A stretch of 64,000 bases of DNA, taken from Lingula anatina. Taxonomy: Eukaryota; Animalia; Brachiopoda. The notes under the pieces were generated by a model. It had not been told where the DNA came from. It did not search any database and saw nothing but the letters and a program-made list of their open reading frames with translations. Shown here in pieces: positions 1 through 11,836 of the stretch. The stretch's first letter is position 1, and each line of letters begins with the position of its first letter. The stretch is taken from positions 15,872,001 through 15,936,000 of the forward strand of contig CM120642.1 in assembly GCA_051362555.1 (NCBI GenBank). Reading direction: 5' to 3'. The position numbers were made by a program, and so were the translations under genes.

Positions 1-479
1 CACAGGAGTTGCCAATCTTACTAAAACGCAGGTTGAGTTTGAAAATCAGCATAATCAGTCCATTATTTTAGAAGTTATGCTGTTTTTTCACATTTCCTCA
101 CATTCAATTCTTAGGCATGTTAACAGTCTCATTATTGAACTAATAAGATACGTAAAAGTGTTTGTTTGACATTTCCTGCATCTTTACAACATTGTTAGTT
201 GATTTTGTAAAAATGATGGTAAACTTGTTATCATGTATTGTGTAATAAAGTGTCAAAAATGGAAATAAACTCATATCATTGCAGTTTGTCAGATGCATTC
301 ATCCACTATGTTCAGAATCTCAGAATGGAGGAAGGTGGACATTTAACACTGTTCTATTGATACTTTTCCCATCTCATCAATTTTCTTCATTGGTCATATA
401 AAAATGGCAGTAAACTGTTTATTTTGTTTTATGTTAAAAAAGTGTTAAAACTGGAAATAAACCCATTTCAGAACAGTGC

Positions 480-2440
480 TGTCTTGTTTACATTTTGGCA
501 TTTTCAATATGTGACTTTGAAGTTCCATGGGCCTGAAGACTTTTGCTAGTTACATTTTCTGAATAACCATGATACTAATATTTTATAATTAAAAATTGAT
601 GGTCATTATGCTGTAAAACATTATGTAATATTGCATCAAAATTTGAAGAAACCCCTATTTTGGGCACTGCTCCCATGATGACCATTTAAGGAAAATCATG
701 TCACTTACTGTTCTCAAACTTACAGGAAAGAAACATGGGACTAAAATACAGCTTCAGTAGGCAATGCAGTCTGTTTGGTAAATTTTTCTGGCAATTAAAC
801 AGTTTTTTGTGAAAATTTAATTTTTCACATATTGGCATTTCCAAGGTGTGACTTAGAACCTCCACGGGCTTGAAGACCCATGCTAGTCACATTTTGTGAA
901 AATCCATGACACTTATATTTTATTATTAAAAATCGATGGTCAGTATGCTGTTAAGCATTATGTAATGTTGCATCAAAATAGAAGAAAACACAATTTTTGG
1001 TGCTGCTGCCTTGATGACCATTATGGGAAAACCGTGTTACTTATGACTGTCAAACTTTCAAAAAAGAAACACAGGACTAAAATGCAGCCTGAGTTAGAAA
1101 AGCAGTCTAATTGGCTTCTTTTTCTGGAAGTTATACATTTTAGTGTAATCTTCATTATCTTTTTGGCATATTCATTGTGGGACTCAGAGCTCCCATGGAC
1201 ATGAAGCCAAATGGTAATCATATCTTCTACATGTCCATCCTATTTATAGTCAATAAACAAAAATTGGTGATAATTATTCTCTAATTTATTATGTAATGTT
1301 ACATCAAAATTGACAACAATCTTTTTGCACTGCTACTGCAAACATTATGAAAAGAAAACTGTGCTACTTATTATAATTTTAAACTTACAAGTACGATTTT
1401 TAGGATTGGCCTTCAGCTCATGAGAAAACCAGCTCTATTGGATTATCATGTTTATTGTATTTATGCATTTTTTGTGAAATTTTCATTTTTCTCATTCTGG
1501 CACTTTCTAAGTATAAACTTGAACTCTGATGGGCCTGGAGCCTTATGCTTTTACTTTCGTCTGTGTTACCTGTTGTGCATAAGTTGATGTTGACTGTGCA
1601 GTTAAACATAATGTATTATTGCATCAGGATTGGTAGTCTCCTATTTTGGGCATTATGGTTTTGTGCTTTTCTTAAGGTGTGACTTATGGGCCTGAAGACC
1701 TTTGAGTGGGTCAGTCTGTAAATTACCCTTGGGTATCACTAGATTAATTTCAGAGTTATAAAGTCATTTGCTTTAATAGGCCATTAAATGAGATTACGTA
1801 AAGCACACTTGTTGATATTTCCCTGTAAACTCCCAAAGGTAAAGCTCTCTGCTAGATTAATAATAAGGAAGCAGTGATAATTATGCAGGTAAATTTTGTT
1901 TAATATTGCAAATAAGTTATATATATATATATATATATCAAACTGGAAGATTAAAAGTTTGAATAGCATCTTCATTGGAATTGTATTTACCTCAAGCTCT
2001 GCCAAGGGGGTTATATTTTCACCCCTGTTTGTCTGTCATCCACATAACACAAAAAGTTATGGACCAATTTTGCAGAAATTTTCAGGAAATGTCGGAAGTG
2101 GGCCAAAGAGGACAATGATTAATTTTTGGTGGTGGTCCGGATCAATAATCAATCAATTATCAATAATAATCAACAATTGCTGCCTTGGCAGAGGTCTGCA
2201 CTCTCAAAGTGCTTTTCTAGTTTTGTTGTTTTCCTTTATAATTTTTTCTCAAACACTTGCATTTGTGACTTTTAACTCTCATCTGCCTGGGGCTCTGCAC
2301 ATTTTCTGTATTTCTACATAAGCAGTTGTATTGTTTTTTATGTCTTTAAACATTATGTAATATTATTTTATGCACTGTCATCATTTTTCAAATATTGAGA
2401 CTTTCATAATGTGAATTTGAACTCTCATGGTCCTGAAACT
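480..2440. repeat. Degenerate ~333-bp tandem repeat (old satellite-like)
   Basis: Motif GGCATTTTC..TGTGACTT..GAA..CCATGGGCCTGAAG recurs at ~498, 834, 1166 and 1499; CATTATGTAATATTGCATCAAAATT recurs at ~619, 956, 1288 and 1608; partial copies extend to ~2440. Confidence 0.7.
1986..2222 (+). mobile_element. Non-autonomous Helentron/HINE (DINE-1-like) element
   Basis: 5' TTACCTC..CTCTGCCAAGGGGGTTATATTTTC; 3' inverted copy CCTTGGCAGAG followed by short hairpin GCACTCTCAAAGTGC and CTAGTT end in a T-rich site. Confidence 0.7.
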
Positions 2441-2451
2441 GTAATCTTATT

Positions 2452-2619
2452 GAAGGGGTGGATTGAGACCATCTTCTGGGTCTTCCGGAAGACAGTCAGG
2501 TTATTAAGTTTATATTGACTGGTATCTATTTTTTTCTGTTGGAAGACCATCAAAATGGAGGATGGATCAACATAGATACTTTGTAATACTGTCAGAAAAT
2601 ATCTCTGGGTCTGCTCCTG
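2452..2619 (-). mobile_element. ~168-bp MITE, diverged copy of the family at 51152-51319
   Basis: Reverse-complement similarity to 51152-51319 over the full length, with decayed TIRs. Confidence 0.7.
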
Positions 2620-3142
2620 TTATTGACCATGTTACCCGTTGTGCAAGATTAAAATTCATTGTTGACTGACAGTGCTATTATAAGCATTATTTATTATTGC
2701 ATCAAAATTGACAAAATGACCTTTTTTGCATCTTTATTTTCTGTTTTTTGTCTGTACATTTGACAGCTTTGCTGCCTTGTTAATAATTATCTGAAATGTT
2801 TTGACCTAACGAGATAGTGACCCAGTGCAAGCCTTCGGATTCAAATTTGGCAGAAAAAATAGCCAATGCCATTCTCACAAGTACAATGTATGTGCAGTAG
2901 TATCGACCTAGCATGAGTTTGTATTTTTTTCTTATTTTTCAGCTGGAGTCTCAAGTCCATGTTTGGTAGACTATGCAACATTATATCTTCAGAGGATAAT
3001 AAAGATGGTTTATGATAAATAACAGAGAAAAAATTGGTCGAATTTATGTGAGATCCTTTTCTCATTTGAATATGGGAAATGAAAAGCTTTTGAGTCTGAT
3101 ATAAACGGTGATATAAAACATGTTTAAAATCTTATCACGTAC

Positions 3143-3352
3143 AACTAAGAAAGCACTCAGGGATTTCAGATTTCTCATTATTACTAATTATTCAGTCATC
3201 CACTAATTAATTAGCTGAATATCATTATTTTAAATTATTCCTTTTTTTCAATATTTAATAAGTTAATCACCGCCAAAATCCATAATTTCATTAACCGACA
3301 AACAGCAAACAGAGCCGAAAAGTTATAATTACATTCGTGGCGGAGGCAACAA
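3143..3352 (-). mobile_element. Degraded Helentron/HINE element
   Basis: ACTAAGAAAGCACTCAG..GGCGGAGGCAACAA matches the reverse-complement termini of the element at 1986-2222. Confidence 0.5.
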
Positions 3353-3398
3353 ATGTGACGAATCCAACGAGTACGTTATGTCCATAGAGAAATGACCC

Positions 3399-3566
3399 TA
3401 AGGTGCGGATTTAGGCCGTTTACTGGGTCTTGCGGAAGACGGTCAGATTGTCAAGTTTACATTGACGAGTATCTAATTTTCCTGCCGGAAGACGGTCAAA
3501 AATGAAGAATGGATCAACAAAGATAATTGGGAAGACTGTCAGAAAATATCTCTGAATCCGCCTCTG
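3399..3566 (-). mobile_element. ~168-bp MITE, same family as 51152-51319
   Basis: Full-length reverse-complement similarity, including the CCGGAAGACGGTCA internal motifs; ends ATCCGCCTCTG. Confidence 0.75.
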
Positions 3567-5121
3567 AATGTATGTGTTTAACTTACCAGCCAAGAAAAAG
3601 AAGTAATATAACTTGCATGGTAGGAGCGGAGTGTTGATTTTCACCGGCCTACACTTCATTGTGAATCACTAAAGTAAAAAATAAATGACTGAAAAAGGAG
3701 ATATATATTCTTTACTGGATCAATTTGCAGTGCATGTCTCACTCTAAACACAATACAAAGGCACAGATAAAATAAACAGTCTACATATAGCAGAAAATTT
3801 AATTATGATAGTGGAGCTATACATGTAGGCACATTTAGGCATAAGACAAGATGAAACATAAATAAAAAATACATGAAAGTCACTTTCAACCGTCACCTTG
3901 TTTACATTTGTATTGTATGGCTCTCAGTCATAAAGTTAATGGCAGCAGCTAGCAGTTAACCAGGCCATATCATCCTTGTCTCCTTGCCTTGTATAGTAAA
4001 CACATTTATATTCTAAGGTTGACTCCATAGTGTCTGCTTTAACCAAATATAATGCGCGACCTATTTATTTCCGACAACAATTTTGTACATATTCTCTCAA
4101 TGAGAACGCAGCCATAGTCTCCAACGTACTAGTATTAAATGGTGATATAAATAGAAAAGATCTACCACATGACGTGAAATGCATGCTGTGCATATATACC
4201 GGTCTTCACAATGCACAGCAATATATTAAAGATGTACAAAAAAGAATCGTCACGCCATTCGTATTACGTGTATCACCTACCTGGTTTTTTAGCAGCCTAC
4301 GTATTTGTCACAAGAATATACCAGTAGCTGCAGTAGCTGTGGTTAGGTTGCCCTATGACCTGATTGGCAACGTGCGTCGTGTTACAACAAAAGAAGGGTG
4401 AAAACAGCATATGCGTCGGTTGTATATACCCTCTGTTATCACGGGCCTCTAAATACACAGGGGGCTATACTTTACATATACTTAAAGTATAGCCCCCTGT
4501 GGGAAAACACCCAATCGGCTCGTTTGGTGTCATGTAACTACCCTGCCCCTACCCTCCTCTTAAACGGTGTCTCTGTAGTACCGGTACATATACTTTCTTC
4601 ATACTGACTACGCCAGACTGAGCTGGTGAAAATGTGCAGAAATAAAGTAATAGCAACAATAAAAAATTACATAGATAAATATCATCAAAATTATATGTAT
4701 AATATACATCGTCATTACATGTACATATCCAGAATTTCATATACATATGCTAGGTGCGCTCTTAATGTCGGGTCAACTTCTCATAGCACTGATCGTACGC
4801 TAGCATCATACTGCAAGTTTTGTATATGTCACAGGCCAGGTATCAATCTAGTCCGCTTCCTAACAGGCCCACGTCCCAATTGGGTCTTTGCATTGTTAAC
4901 AGCATAATGAGTATGCTAATTGGCCATGTAATTTACATGGCCAAACCCATTTTCTCCATGACATACTATGGCTTGTGTTATGAAAGTTAGTGTTTGTAAG
5001 GAAATCAAACTTTTTTGCCCGGAATGCTCGCGGCGAGCATTAGACCTGACAATGCCAAATTCACCATTTACACTGGACGGCGTCCTTTCTGCGTCCTTTG
5101 TGCGACCATGAAACTGGCCAG

Positions 5122-5335
5122 GGCCCCGTATCTCGAAAGGATCGCTATGTTGCGCACGTGCGTTAGTGTCTCGATTCCATAACCGATTCTATTTCGAGAT
5201 ACGGGGCCATGGAATCGAGACACTTGCGCGCGTGCGTCTCGATTTCATGGCCCCGTATCTCGAAATAGAATCGGTTATGGAATCGAGACACTAACACACG
5301 TGCGCAACATAGCGAACCTTTCGAGATACGGAGCC
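5122..5335. mobile_element. Palindromic PIF/Harbinger-type MITE
   Basis: TIRs GGCCCCGTATCTCGAAAG / CTTTCGAGATACGGAGCC with 3-bp TSD CAG (5119-5121 and 5336-5338); the whole element is a near-perfect palindrome. Confidence 0.85.
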
Positions 5336-5459
5336 CAGGACGTCGTTGGACGCTCAAAGAACGCACGGTGATCGCTAACAATACGTTTCTCGGCCTTGGT
5401 TACTTGAAGCAGGTGAGATAAAAAGGTCACATCGACGGCAACTTAACCACCGGGGCACA

Positions 5460-5743
5460 CCCGCACGAAAATGCAGTAGTATCGAAGTAGCAAAGAAGCA
5501 TTAACGCAGTAGTGGTGTGGAGCATATTTGCAGTAGAAATGCAGTATACCCTACTGCAATTCTACTTCAAAAATTACATAGGGTTGTACAGAGGAGGAGC
5601 ATTAATGCAGTAGATTAGCAGCATGATAGAAGCATGTTCCAAATATGCTAATTAGCTCCCAATGCGAAGCAGATTTGAGGCATATTTGCAGTATGATTGC
5701 AGTAGTCTACTGCGCTGGAGCATCTACTGCGTTTTCGTGCGGG
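5460..5743. mobile_element. Non-autonomous DNA transposon, CMC/EnSpm-like
   Basis: TIRs CCCGCACGAAAATGCAGTAG / CTACTGCGTTTTCGTGCGGG, 2-bp TSD CA, internal GCAGTAG repeats. Confidence 0.8.
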
Positions 5744-5769
5744 CAGTGTTACATATGTTTCCTGTAGGC

Positions 5770-5920
5770 AACACATGGAGGAGCAGATTAAAAAAGGCTG
5801 AGGACCAGGGTGTCATTGAGAAAGTTACAGGCCCAACAGCCTGGGTCTCTCCCATCGTAGCCGATCCCAAACATGGAAAAGTGAAAGTTTTTGTAGATAC
5901 GAGTGCAGTAAATAATGCAT
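5770..5920 (+). mobile_element. Ty3/Gypsy reverse-transcriptase fragment
   Basis: Translates as EDQGVIEKVTGPTAWVSPIVADPKHGKVKVFVD, matching the Gypsy RT N-terminal pattern G.IE....W.SP.V...K....R.C.D; nothing else of the element remains. Confidence 0.75.
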
Positions 5921-8817
5921 ACCGGTCATGTCTCTTAGAAAAACCAAACTACCAGTCACTTATTTAGGGCTGTTTAGTGCTAACTGGAGAACTCGTATAC
6001 ATATTGATCAATATAACAAGTAGTATATGTTGTATTCATTCATTCCGCTTAAAAGCATTCTGCAACGGATTATACCCGCTAAAATGATTTTTCTTGGAAA
6101 ACAGCAATTCTCTCCTACCCACGAATCATTGCTTGAGCCATTCCTGCAGTCGGGTAATGAACAACGTTTCATTTCATTTTCAGTCTGATAGTTTAGTTTT
6201 AAATGACTGGCCAGCTTTTTAAACATCTGCCTTTCCATAAATTAGTTTTCACTTAATAAGACTACAAAATAGCGCGGTATTTTGCATCGCAGCCCTGTAT
6301 ATTATTAATTTTTTTTAATTTTGCATATTATTTGCGTTTCCTTAAATTGCACTTCTCCATTTGAAGAAAAAAAAAGGCAAAATGCAGATGATTCTTACAT
6401 GTATAATTAATAACCGTCTTTGAAACAGCGTTATTCAGTATTTAGTTATTGATTAATCGAAAGATGCTGAGCTGAGAACAAAAAACTCCGGTTTCTTTGC
6501 TGGGAAATAATAAAATATTTCGTTTTGTTGGGTTTTCTTGGTGGGTGACAGATACAGCCTTGGGTTAACTCCGCCATTCCTTGCATACCCTTGCATACCC
6601 TTAATTTGTATAATCTTGGTCCGTATAATTACAACACTAAGGGAACGGTTATATCGAGCAGTGACAACTAGCTGGAATTCAAAAATGACGTTTATATCCA
6701 GGAAAGTCACTTATCTATTGTCCTTCATATATATGTATATATGAGTGTAAACAAATGATTTGAAATGCGGTAAAATATAAATGGTTGCAAGAGGTCCATT
6801 CATTTTTAAGTAAAAATAAAAAAACTTTATATTAACAATACGTTGATTTATTTCACCTAATGCTCAGCAGTCGCATTTTAAATTACGCATGGTGAACAAC
6901 GATTAATGGGAAACAAAGTACGAGTACTAAGTGGCCCTATATGTATGCATATTAAAATTCGCACAAATGACACTCCAAACTTATAAATAGAAAACTAATA
7001 GATAAGTGAATAAATAAATCCGTTAGTAAATAAATAAGAGAAAGTTGCATTCGACCTTTGTGATAGTTATTTATTTATGATAGACATATAATGGAAACGG
7101 GTTCGCCGCAAATCCATCAATAAAACCGAAGTGATAACATTTGATAGCTTTAATAGGGTTCTAATTAGATCAGTTAGAAGGAAGGCTCATTTATTTTCGA
7201 CTAGTCCGCACAGATGATGTTATTGAATTTTCCAAATGGTATAGATTGATTGCATGTAAAAAGCGATTAATTGCGGTAAAAATGATGTGGTTTACATGTT
7301 GTTGGTCACCCTTTTTTTGCCTTGTGCGCAACAACACCGCTAGCCTTTCTCTTTTTGCGTATACTGCGGGAGTATGTTCAGGGTACCCTCTACCAGGGCC
7401 ACAGATTGACTTTTCACAAGATATTCACAGATATGTCTTTAGATAAACAGACGGTCATTCTCTGTGGCTTGTGGAAAATTTGCCTATAATATCTACCACC
7501 CTGGTAGCAATGTATTTTTAAAAGTTGAAAATTTAGTGCCAGTTAACGGATCAATAACGGTCTCCTTATACCCCCTTTACACTGGACGGCGTCCTTTCTG
7601 CGTCCAGCAGTACGGCCCCATTTGAGAGTTAAAAATTATAATACTTTACGTACCGACAACTGGTCGATCATTGCGCATTCGTTCTGATACAAAATCAATA
7701 CTCGTGCCTCCTTATTAAGACCACAGCGATGCCAAATTTCATGGTCGCAGAAAGGAGGTTGTAGTTTCAAGGGGGTTTTATGCTCACGAGAGGTTCACAA
7801 ACACTTGCAATGTGAGTATATGCAACGTTCGCAGACAAGGGATTTTTTAATGCAACTAATGTTAAGTTCCCAGACAAAAGATCAGCATTATGTATACACA
7901 ATGAAATATGATTTATTCAATAAAAGAACATAATGACAATGCCATAGTCACCTCAATCATCAATGAATTTTTAACTCAAAAACTTAAAAGTACTTTCATC
8001 TAGACTTCTTATCATGTAATTCATTTAATTTGTCTTATCATTTTTGTGAATAATGTCATTTGTACAAGATAAACAACACAAAATCTAATCAATCGTTCTA
8101 TTATCATATGTCAAACAGTGTTCAAAAGCAAATGTTTTCAAAATAGTACCAAGGGTATAGCACCGGGGACTGCACATCGTAATGCCAGCTAGAGTGGGTT
8201 CCTGTCAGTCCCCTCAATTATATGAATATTCCTTAAAGAGACATAAGAAAAATACAGGTATACCTTATTAACACTAAATACGACTTGAACATAACAATCA
8301 CTACACGTTAATAACAAAGAGCCCCTCGGTAATTGACACATGATATAGTTACGTTTGGATAATATTGTGTTTTAGTGAATCAGACATATTTAATCGCTGG
8401 TGTCAGTGTGCTGTACACATGTTTAATTATAATATTATTAATCATGACAATAATTAATTTCTTTGAAAAGCGTTACACAAACGTACTTCTTACAAATGTA
8501 CCTTATGCAAATCCTAAGACCTACAATCATAAATAAACTAAACTATAAAAAACGTAATATAAGATAAAAGAGACACAAAATTAACCATAAGATCATTTAA
8601 ATAAAGAAAGTTTATACTAAAAGGAGTTTACGCCACAATCAAAAGACACCCTGGACCACTACCAGTATACAACAAACTTCAAATTTCCTGGAAATTACAT
8701 CAATTTTTCTATTACCAGACAGGCATATTGTACCTAAACTGTTGAGATAAGTTCTAATAATAATGACTTAAAACTCAAAATGAATTTATTTTTTCAACGG
8801 TTTTAGATATACACATA

Positions 8818-9926
8818 CTCCCCTAGCAAAAAGTTTCAACCCTACCGCAATTATGTACATTGTTACAAGGGTACCTATAGTTTAAATTTTTTGGTATTTC
8901 ATAACAGCTAGGAAACCGATCAACGTTTAAATTGGAAATTGGGGGTGTAAATAGCATAACATTGACCTACCTAGCGAAACCATTGGAATGCTCCACCACC
9001 TATTATTCTTTAAATTCGGCTCCTAAGTGAGAGGAATACGTTCTTTGCCAAGCAGGTCGACATAGGAGGCAGTTTTGACCTACGGTATTGCCAGCAGGTT
9101 GGGTTGTTTCAGAGCACATGGACGAAATTGCCTTTGTGAGGTAGATTGAAGGAAACCACAGCCAGAGAGGAGAGAATGTTAATACGCCTTCCTCGTGAAA
9201 AACGTTTCATGACATTAGAGAACTTGACTTTTAACAAAAACAGGACACACCATATATCTGAGTTTACTGTCAGAGGAGGGATGCTCAATTTTTCTTTTTA
9301 CTTTGGAAGGGTTTCTGTTAGGAGACCAGCGATCGTTGCCAGTCGAGGTAGATGGTGTACAACTGGAACTCTGGCATGGACACCAGCCAATAAATGAGCA
9401 TTGATAATGTTCTCAGATGAAAGCGGGTTAAGCGTTGCCAGAATTTATGGACGCGTAAGGGTTTGGAGATCAGCTGGTAAGAAGTATATTTCCAATTTTC
9501 TGCGTCGTTATGTATTTGATGCATTGGCTACTATGGTGAAGGTGAGCTGGAAGTGGTCAACGGGAACCTTAAGGCAGAGCCTTGCATCCAAGTAATGGAA
9601 AGGAAACTTAAGGAATTCCGTCGAGAATGTTTTCGGGACCACAACCACCCATTTATGTTTTAGTATGAAAAAGATACTCCACGGATAGCCAGATTATGTG
9701 AAAACCAGATCCAGACACCCCTCCCCAATGTGCCAGCTCATTCCCTAGATTAGAACCTCATTAAGAATATATGGAATAGCCTATTCTCGGAAATGGATAA
9801 CTGATGGATAAATCTGCAAACAAAAGCGATTTCATTTAAAAGTTGAAAAAAGAACATTGATTCATGACATGATTTTCTATATCACCTGACGCATTGCATT
9901 AGGGGTGGCACTTGTTGCTCGGCGAG
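8818..9926 (+). mobile_element. Full-length but decayed Tc1/mariner element downstream of the receptor A stop codon
   Basis: TA-flanked imperfect TIRs (CTCCCCTAGCAAAAAGTTTCAACCCT and revcomp CTCGCCGAGCAACAAGTGCCACCCCT); broken transposase pieces TTAREERMLIR, MFSDES..GRVRVWR and PAHSLD*NLIKNIW; absent at the paralogous sites of B and C. Confidence 0.85.
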
Positions 9927-10038
9927 TAGCCTATATATGCATGGTTGAAAAGGTTGCAAGGTAATGATATACCCAGGTTTTTATAAAATTGAAAGGAGTA
10001 GCGTTCGTTGCATGTCTTCAAATGACCCTTTTTTTTCT

Positions 10039-11652
10039 CTATTCGTTGTCAGGTTCAGCGCTAGTGGTGCTGTTGCGTCCTTTAGGAATAACTTGAACGT
10101 CATTCCTGAAGACAAGACTGACCACGATCAAAGCGACCCCTTGAATGCAGTTGCATCCTAACATCAGCATGCAGTAGTCATTAGTCTGGCTGTAAATTGA
10201 CAGACCCACCAAAGCTACACCAAATGCCTGAGCTAAAGAACAGACTGCACTCACAGATGCTAATCTACAGCTATCCATATAACTTCTGTGAGCGGACGCG
10301 GCACACCTCTCATCACGCAGTACACGCACCAACCGCAAAAACATCACTACATTAAGAAAGACAGCTACAATAGCAGGGCAGGCCATAAGGAGCATATAGC
10401 CATTCAAATCTGTAAAGAAGCATGTGCCTTGGCTATATGAAACACTAATGAATGGTTGTTCTCTTATTTCAAAAAGAAAGCCAAGTGAAACTATCAAAAG
10501 TGCAAATGCATAACTGATCGCGGTACATATCGATAGGTGTCGCTTTGTGTTGTGCGTCAACAGCAGACGAGACACGACATTGTGATAAGCATGGTAGGAC
10601 ATAACTGGTAGCCAACAAAAACTTATCAGCCAAAAGAAGTGAGCGGACATTGTAATGTACGTTAATTCTGACGAACTATTTGTGTTGCTCATCATTTCTT
10701 GTACAAACAGGAAAAGTTGAAATAAAAAGCAAGTCACAAACTGGTGTAAGATGACTCTACTTGCAATGTTTTTGTACCATCTCAAATATCCGTGTATGCC
10801 AATGTTGCCCAAATACATACACAGGGTAGATATTGGCATGGCCCATCGGCGCATCATTTCCCGTGAGAAAGAGCTAAGGAGAGTGTGATTTTTTGCAGGC
10901 CTACTTTCGTGGACCACACCTTTGGAGTAATCTGACAAAAAATCCTTAATTAAGTGCGAGCAAACGAAAGCTGCGTCCTTCAAAATTGTAACTTCACTTG
11001 CCTGTACCTTAGTGATAGTTCTAGCATGTTGAAACAAATATACATTTTCTCTGAAATGTACCGAAATACTGCTGTTCAACAGAATTTTAACTAACAAACA
11101 TGGCAATTGTTTCACTGCTTCATTGGAATTAAAGAAAAGAAAGAGACTTTTCAAGTCAGACGTAAAGTCGACCATTTGAAGGGCATGGGCATTACTTATA
11201 ACCTTTGGTGTTAGTTGGCTACCATTGATTATGGTTTGGAATTCAGGTGTAAGCAAATAATGAGAAACATCCTCTCGAAATGCCCTGGCAGCAGAGATGA
11301 CGGAATCATAGGTGGTGTGCACTCCTTTTGGCGTAAATGACATCTTGAGCAACAGTCCCATAATTGACACATCGGACAAATGAAAAGCTAGCTCGCAATT
11401 CATATTAAAAACAACTATCTTGCCCCGCAAGTGCACGTTTGTTTGAAGAAGTCTGAAAAATGCACGTACCCTTGGGACACAAAACGAGTGCTCTGATATC
11501 TTTCCAGTTACACTTTGATAGTCGGTGAATGTGAAATAGATATACAAGTATAGTTGCACGCCCATCATGTTCTGGAACAGTTCTGGCCTCGAGCGACATC
11601 TGTCGCTTTCGACACCACGAAGACAGTTAAATGTTTGAAGATTGCAGCTTTC
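10039..11652 (-). CDS. Receptor copy A, exon 3: membrane-proximal ectodomain plus class-B (Methuselah/adhesion-like) 7TM domain
   Basis: Acceptor TTTTACAG|GAA at 11652 (phase 0), open to stop at 10039; seven hydrophobic segments with HFFWLISFCW (TM3), P....LN..MF (TM5) and NCIQGV (TM7). Confidence 0.9.
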   Translation of the reverse strand, partial: ESCNLQTFNCLRGVESDRCRSRPELFQNMMGVQLYLYIYFTFTDYQSVTGKISEHSFCVPRVRAFFRLLQTNVHLRGKIVVFNMNCELAFHLSDVSIMGLLLKMSFTPKGVHTTYDSVISAARAFREDVSHYLLTPEFQTIINGSQLTPKVISNAHALQMVDFTSDLKSLFLFFNSNEAVKQLPCLLVKILLNSSISVHFRENVYLFQHARTITKVQASEVTILKDAAFVCSHLIKDFLSDYSKGVVHESRPAKNHTLLSSFSREMMRRWAMPISTLCMYLGNIGIHGYLRWYKNIASRVILHQFVTCFLFQLFLFVQEMMSNTNSSSELTYITMSAHFFWLISFCWLPVMSYHAYHNVVSRLLLTHNTKRHLSICTAISYAFALLIVSLGFLFEIREQPFISVSYSQGTCFFTDLNGYMLLMACPAIVAVFLNVVMFLRLVRVLRDERCAASAHRSYMDSCRLASVSAVCSLAQAFGVALVGLSIYSQTNDYCMLMLGCNCIQGVALIVVSLVFRNDVQVIPKGRNSTTSAEPDNE

Positions 11653-11797
11653 CTGTAAAAAAAAAAAACGTATATATATATATATCGGAGAATGAAGTCA
11701 ATACACCATGAAAAAGTGCTCCACCTATGGTGGCAGCCCGTGGGGAGCTGGTATATAAAATCAAGGATACGAATACATAGTATTTTGTTTTGTTTTC

Positions 11798-11836
11798 GCC
11801 CCTGACGAGGCCTCAGGGCCGAAACGGCCGTAGGGC
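11798..11836 (+). ncRNA. Minimal type I hammerhead ribozyme (Penelope-type)
   Basis: GCCC-CTGACGA-GGCC(TCAG)GGCC-GAAA-CGGCCG-TA-GGGC: complete catalytic core, 4-bp stems I and II, palindromic minimal stem III, GUA cleavage triplet. Confidence 0.85.

Noticed and set aside
10940-10985. AAFVCSHL before TM1 as a GPS cleavage motif
   Set aside because: It lacks the C.C.HL(T/S)F pattern and upstream Trp/Cys, and lies too far from TM1.
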